Made by a program: the position numbers and the translations under genes
Notes under the pieces: model-generated
What the model saw: only the letters and a program-made list of their open reading frames with translations
Told to the model about the DNA's origin: nothing
The model's database searches: none
Assembly (NCBI GenBank): GCA_041653015.1
Contig: JBAZGG010000006.1
Location: 574 to 64,573, forward strand
Origin: Bacilli bacterium
GTDB lineage: Bacteria; Bacillota_I; Bacilli_A; RFN20; CAG-826
Reading direction: 5' to 3'
Length of the DNA stretch: 64,000 nt
Part shown: positions 60,631 to 64,000 of the stretch, in pieces
How positions within the stretch are numbered: the stretch's first letter is position 1
Layout of the letters: each line of letters starts with the position of its first letter

Positions 60631-61285
60631 TGCGTTAATCGTGATTTTGGGATTGGAAAAAGGAAAGGAAATAGCCAAAATCATTGTTATAAACGCAGTT
60701 TTGATAGCAATACTTGGAACGGCATTGTTTTTTCTTATGAAGGTTATTGTTTTAGCAATTGGATTAACAGTGATTATCACTTGCAATATTGGATACATAT
60801 CGCGTTATAGAACAATGGAAAAAGAATTATATCAACGGCGAGAAAAAGAATTCGTTGCCTTATTCACATACTTTGAAATTTATATATCAAATGGCGTGAA
60901 CATATATAACGCTTTGGAAAACATCGCGCAATTCGCGTCCCCATTTTTAAAAGAAAGAATAGGTCAATTACTATTTGAAATCGATAACGACAAAACTGTC
61001 CAGCCATATGTCAAATTTGCTCATTCTTTTCAATCGCTTTTAATAGAGCAATTGATGGTGAGTATTTTTCAAATGGTTGATCAAGGATGTAACTCCTCCT
61101 ATCTACGACAATTTCAATTGCTTTTCGACAAAATATCAGAAGAGCGATACAGACAAGACATTACCTCTAGACTTAAAAAAATAGAGATGCTCAGTATCTG
61201 CCCTTTGATTGGTGCTGGTATGATCACAATTATTATTACGGTCGGCATCGTTTCAATAATCGGGGGTGTCATAAGTGGGATATAA
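60617..61285 (+). CDS. T2SSF-domain (TadC/GspF-like) membrane protein
   Basis: YISNGVNIYNALENIAQFASPFLKERIGQLLFEI matches the GspF/TadC cytoplasmic-domain consensus. TM helices at both ends. Confidence 0.55.
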   Translation: MKKFNALIVILGLEKGKEIAKIIVINAVLIAILGTALFFLMKVIVLAIGLTVIITCNIGYISRYRTMEKELYQRREKEFVALFTYFEIYISNGVNIYNALENIAQFASPFLKERIGQLLFEIDNDKTVQPYVKFAHSFQSLLIEQLMVSIFQMVDQGCNSSYLRQFQLLFDKISEERYRQDITSRLKKIEMLSICPLIGAGMITIIITVGIVSIIGGVISGI

Positions 61286-61610
61286 AGTTGGCTTGCTGCT
61301 TTCCTTGGTATTTGTTTTTCAAATTTTCGTTCTCGGAGGTGATATTTTAGCCATTCAGTTTATTTATTCAGATATCGACAGCGTTTCTATGACGGCGGGA
61401 TATATGATTTCGAAAGAAGGTAATTACACCAGCGCAAAACATTTTGTTGAAGCGCAAAGCATGGTTTTTATTTGTGATGAGACTAACCCTCCGATGTATG
61501 GTGATCCATGGACATACTATGTCTGTGAAGATTATCAGCCACTCATCATCAAAAAAGATGTGATGCGAATAAGTGTGAAACGCAGTGTGATTATAGGTTT
61601 TTACAATTAA
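61275..61610 (+). CDS. Hypothetical protein with an N-terminal TM helix (possible minor pilin or pseudopilin)
   Basis: Overlaps upstream by 11 nt. N-terminal hydrophobic segment GLLLSLVFVFQIFVLGG. Confidence 0.3.
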   Translation: MGYKVGLLLSLVFVFQIFVLGGDILAIQFIYSDIDSVSMTAGYMISKEGNYTSAKHFVEAQSMVFICDETNPPMYGDPWTYYVCEDYQPLIIKKDVMRISVKRSVIIGFYN

Positions 61611-61624
61611 AGAGGAGGTGAATT

Positions 61625-61792
61625 ATGTCAGAAATAAAAGGTCAGTTATTTGCTATCTTACTCGTTGTTCTCGTTTTCGCATCGGTCGGAACCATTTTGG
61701 CTTCGGTGTATGTTAACGCAGCAAATGAAGTAGCAGAAAAAGTTGCTGATTCGAGCATCATCAGTGTGCCAAAAGCTTCAACAATTAGTTGA
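61625..61792 (+). CDS. 55-aa pilin-like protein (charged N-terminus, Gly, hydrophobic helix)
   Basis: Strong RBS AAGAGGAGGTGAATTATG. Sequence MSEIKGQLFAILLVVLVFASVGTILASVYVNAANEVAEKVADSSIISVPKASTIS. Last gene before a strong terminator. Below the 60-aa ORF-track cutoff. Confidence 0.45.
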   Translation: MSEIKGQLFAILLVVLVFASVGTILASVYVNAANEVAEKVADSSIISVPKASTIS

Positions 61793-61822
61793 TAGTCATC
61801 ATCATATAGATGATAAGAATGA

Positions 61823-61850
61823 GAAGGGCATGCCCTTTTCATTTTTAATT
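61823..61850 (+). terminator. Rho-independent terminator of the pilus/secretion operon
   Basis: AGGGCATGCCCT hairpin followed by TTTTCATTTTTAATTTT. Confidence 0.6.
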
Positions 61851-61917
61851 TTGCTATTCCTTTTAAAAGAATTGATTGTTATAATAAGCAAGCACGAAAT
61901 GTCAAAGGAGTTATCTT

Positions 61918-62151
61918 ATGGATGCAACGATGCAAAAGATTAAAGAATTATTTGCACAAAAATTAGGTGTTAAAGAAGTTGATTCGGCGAAAACATTAAA
62001 AGATTTAGGCCTTGATTCGCTTGACGTTGTTGAGCTGTTGCTCGATCTTGAAGATGAGTTTGGAATTCAATTCGACACGCAAGAGATGAGTTCATACAAA
62101 ACAGTGCAAGATTTATACAATGCTATTGAAGCAAAATTGACAAAGGTATAA
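61918..62151 (+). CDS. acpP: Acyl carrier protein
   Basis: 77 aa with the LGLDSLDVVELLLDLEDEFG canonical ACP motif. Confidence 0.8.
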   Translation: MDATMQKIKELFAQKLGVKEVDSAKTLKDLGLDSLDVVELLLDLEDEFGIQFDTQEMSSYKTVQDLYNAIEAKLTKV

Positions 62152-62164
62152 AATCTTATTCGCT

Positions 62165-62239
62165 GCCTACTTAGCTCAGTGGTAGAGCAATCGGCTGTTA
62201 ACCGATTGGTCGGGGGTTCGAGCCCCTCAGTAGGCGCCA
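62165..62239 (+). tRNA. tRNA-Asn(GUU)
   Basis: Acceptor GCCTACT/AGTAGGC, anticodon loop CTGTTAA (GTT), T-arm GGGGTTCGAGCCCC, CCA. Confidence 0.85.
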
Positions 62240-62245
62240 TTTTTT

Positions 62246-62322
62246 GGCCCGTTGGAGAAGCGACTTAACTCACATGCCTTTCACGCATGCATTCATGGGT
62301 TTGAATCCCGTACGGGTCACCA
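62246..62322 (+). tRNA. tRNA-Glu(UUC)
   Basis: Acceptor GGCCCGT/ACGGGTC, anticodon stem CATGC/GCATG with loop CTTTCAC (TTC), CCA. Confidence 0.75.
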
Positions 62323-62370
62323 CATTAACGAATCAGATCGCTCAAAAGGCGGTCTTTTTTCTTTTAAACT

Positions 62371-62403
62371 TTGGTTCACTTTTGGTTCACTTTTGGTTCA
62401 CTT
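62371..62403. repeat. Three tandem copies of an 11-bp unit, TTGGTTCACTT
   Basis: Read directly: ttggttcactt ttggttcactt ttggttcactt. Lies between tRNA-Glu and the AlbA_2 gene start. Confidence 0.8.
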
Positions 62404-62435
62404 TGAGATATCATATTTATGAATCGAGGTGTCCA

Positions 62436-63860
62436 CTTGTGAAACCTATAACCGAAGAACAACTGCGTGAATTTCTAAGAATGCCACACGAAACTGAATG
62501 GCTAGAGTTTAAAACCGATTGGTTTCAAAGCAATCAACTTGGAGAATATATTTCCGCTATTTCGAATTCCGCTTCAATGAATGGAAAGAAAGAAGGCTTC
62601 ATGATATGGGGGGTCGATAACGATAGTCACGATATCGTAGGAACAGAATTTGATTTCCGAGTTGATGTAAACAAAAACGAGCCACTTGAGCATTTTCTGG
62701 CTCGACAGCTATCACCGAGCATTGCTTTTCGCTTTGAAGAAACTGCGGTGGAGAATAAAAGAATAGTCATACTTAGAATCCCAGCAGCCATTAAAGTTCC
62801 AACATCATATGAAAAAGAGAGATGGCTGAGAATTGGATCTAGTAAAGTCAATCTCTCCAAATATCCAGAAAGAGAAGCGAATTTTTGGGAGGTACTAAAA
62901 CAAGGGCTTCCGACAATGGCCAACACTCCGTCAGAGTATCAAAATCTAACTTTCAACAAACTGTTTTCTTATTGCGACAATAAAGGACATCCACTAAACA
63001 AGGATACTTATAAAGATAATCTCCACCTTTTGACTGATGATGGACAGCATAACTTAGTTGCCAAGTTGCTTGCAGATAATGGTCATGTAAGCATAAAGGC
63101 AGGCCTTTTCAGAGGAACATCAAAAGCCGATACTCTCTATAGCGTCAAAGAATTTGGCAATACTTGCTTATTCATTTCTGCAGATTCGATTCTTGAATAT
63201 GGCGACATAATCAATATTTTGCAGGCGGATGAGGTGCATCGGGTTGCGGGAAGGAAAGAAATTCCACTATTTGATTCATCAGCGTATCGCGAAGCCGTTC
63301 TAAATGCGCTGATTCATAATAAGTGGGTTTCTGGTGATGCCCCAATGTTTGAGTTTTTCTCAGATCGAATCGAGATTAGGTCGTTTGGACCAATGCCGCC
63401 TAATCAGACATCTTCTGGTTTCTTCCGTGGGAATTCAAAACCTGTAAATAAAGAGTTGTCAGAAGCTTTTTCAACTCTTGGAATTAGTGATAGATTGGGA
63501 AGAGGCGTTCCTAAAATTGTCCATGCCTATGGGGAACAAGCTTTCTCGTTTGAAGAAGACAGTATTCTTGTTACGATTCCGTTTTCTGTTTTAGAAGACA
63601 AACAAGATAATATAAATGAGTTTGATGAACGATTAGAACTCAAAATGGATGAACTAAAATTGAACCAAAGCCAAAAAATAATCATTAAATCTATGTTTGA
63701 GAATCGCAATGTATCAATTTTTGGACTCATGGAAAAAACAGGATTAGGGAAAACCGGAGTCATCAAGAGCATCAAAATATTAAAGGAAAAGGGTTTGGTA
63801 ATTAGGACAGGAACTGCAAGAGTCGGCTATTGGTCCGTCAAAATTCAAGTGAACCAATAG
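62436..63860 (+). CDS. AlbA_2 (Schlafen-like, divergent AAA-4) domain putative DNA-binding protein with a C-terminal wHTH
   Basis: N-terminal AlbA_2 consensus (EEQLREFLRMPHETEWLEFKTDW ... ISAISNSASMNGKKEGFMIWGVDNDSHDIVG). C-terminal HTH-like KSMFENRNVSIFGLMEKTGLGKTGVIKSIKILKEKGLV. The track ORF starts inside the tRNA. The start is placed at TTG/GTG around 62436 after RBS GAGGTG. Confidence 0.6.
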   Translation, partial: LVKPITEEQLREFLRMPHETEWLEFKTDWFQSNQLGEYISAISNSASMNGKKEGFMIWGVDNDSHDIVGTEFDFRVDVNKNEPLEHFLARQLSPSIAFRFEETAVENKRIVILRIPAAIKVPTSYEKERWLRIGSSKVNLSKYPEREANFWEVLKQGLPTMANTPSEYQNLTFNKLFSYCDNKGHPLNKDTYKDNLHLLTDDGQHNLVAKLLADNGHVSIKAGLFRGTSKADTLYSVKEFGNTCLFISADSILEYGDIINILQADEVHRVAGRKEIPLFDSSAYREAVLNALIHNKWVSGDAPMFEFFSDRIEIRSFGPMPPNQTSSGFFRGNSKPVNKELSEAFSTLGISDRLGRGVPKIVHAYGEQAFSFEEDSILVTIPFSVLEDKQDNINEFDERLELKMDELKLNQSQKIIIKSMFENRNVSIFGLMEKTGLGKTGVIKSIKILKEKGLVIRTGTARVGYWSVKIQVNQ

Positions 63861-63881
63861 TGAACCAAAAGTGAGCCAATA
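63849..63881. repeat. Three tandem 11-bp units GTGAACCAATA / GTGAACCAAAA / GTGAGCCAATA, inverted relative to 62371-62403
   Basis: Reverse complement of TTGGTTCAC is GTGAACCAA. The first unit overlaps the last codons and the stop of the AlbA_2 gene. Confidence 0.8.
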
Positions 63882-64000
63882 GTGCCTAATCACCGATTCA
63901 GACCAAATGATGTGTCTTTCGGGCTTTGTTAAATGTTTTGCTGGCGCTGCGTAATCAGATTATGCCTGTAAATGATTTCCATTTATTTTTGAGAAACCTC

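Noticed and set aside
62371-62403. Possible CRISPR array (short direct repeats)
   Set aside because: Only three contiguous 11-bp units with no spacers. The matching inverted set is 1.4 kb away. This fits iterons or terminal repeats, not CRISPR. No cas genes are present.
62244-62435. N-terminal extension of the AlbA_2 ORF starting at 62244
   Set aside because: The extension overlaps tRNA-Glu and the 11-bp repeat array. The TTG/GTG start at about 62436, preceded by GAGGTG, is more credible.

Overview
This window reads as chromosome from a low-GC Gram-positive or Mollicutes-related bacterium (Erysipelotrichia/Acholeplasma-like). It uses the standard genetic code: several genes end in TGA, for example the ORF ending at 58490. 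Housekeeping genes are dense: cdaA-glmM-glmS, clpB lacking the N-domain, gltX, tdk, deoD, acpP, two paralogous P-type ATPases, tandem CNNM/CorC transporters and eleven tRNAs. Layout, start to end: (1) a surface-polysaccharide locus (Wzy/O-antigen-ligase-like membrane protein, GT2, GT4) ending at tRNA-Leu(CAA). (2) An AT-rich accessory island of about 8 kb directly after that tRNA. It holds two candidate defense or toxin modules: a CN-hydrolase-domain protein + wHTH + GIY-YIG operon, and a translationally coupled polβ-nucleotidyltransferase + Abi_2/HEPN pair. (3) Two convergent paralogous secreted proteins. (4) An unusual lipid-tailoring cluster: GT2, adenylation-carrier didomain, tandem PlsC-type acyltransferase, acyl-ACP/CoA ligase, ACP and an LRAT/NlpC-like acyltransferase. 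(5) A P-type ATPase preceded by a candidate yybP-ykoY (Mn2+) riboswitch, a lipoprotein endonuclease-I-like nuclease and three tRNAs. (6) A second P-type ATPase translationally coupled to two TrkA/RCK-domain proteins. (7) Central metabolism and housekeeping genes. (8) An eight-gene Tad/Com-like pilus or secretion operon (VirB11/CpaF-type ATPase, two T2SSF membrane proteins, a 55-aa pilin-like ORF). (9) acpP, tRNA-Asn and tRNA-Glu, then an AlbA_2-domain gene bracketed by inverted triplets of an 11-bp repeat. All calls come from reading the translations and sequence by eye. No database search was run.
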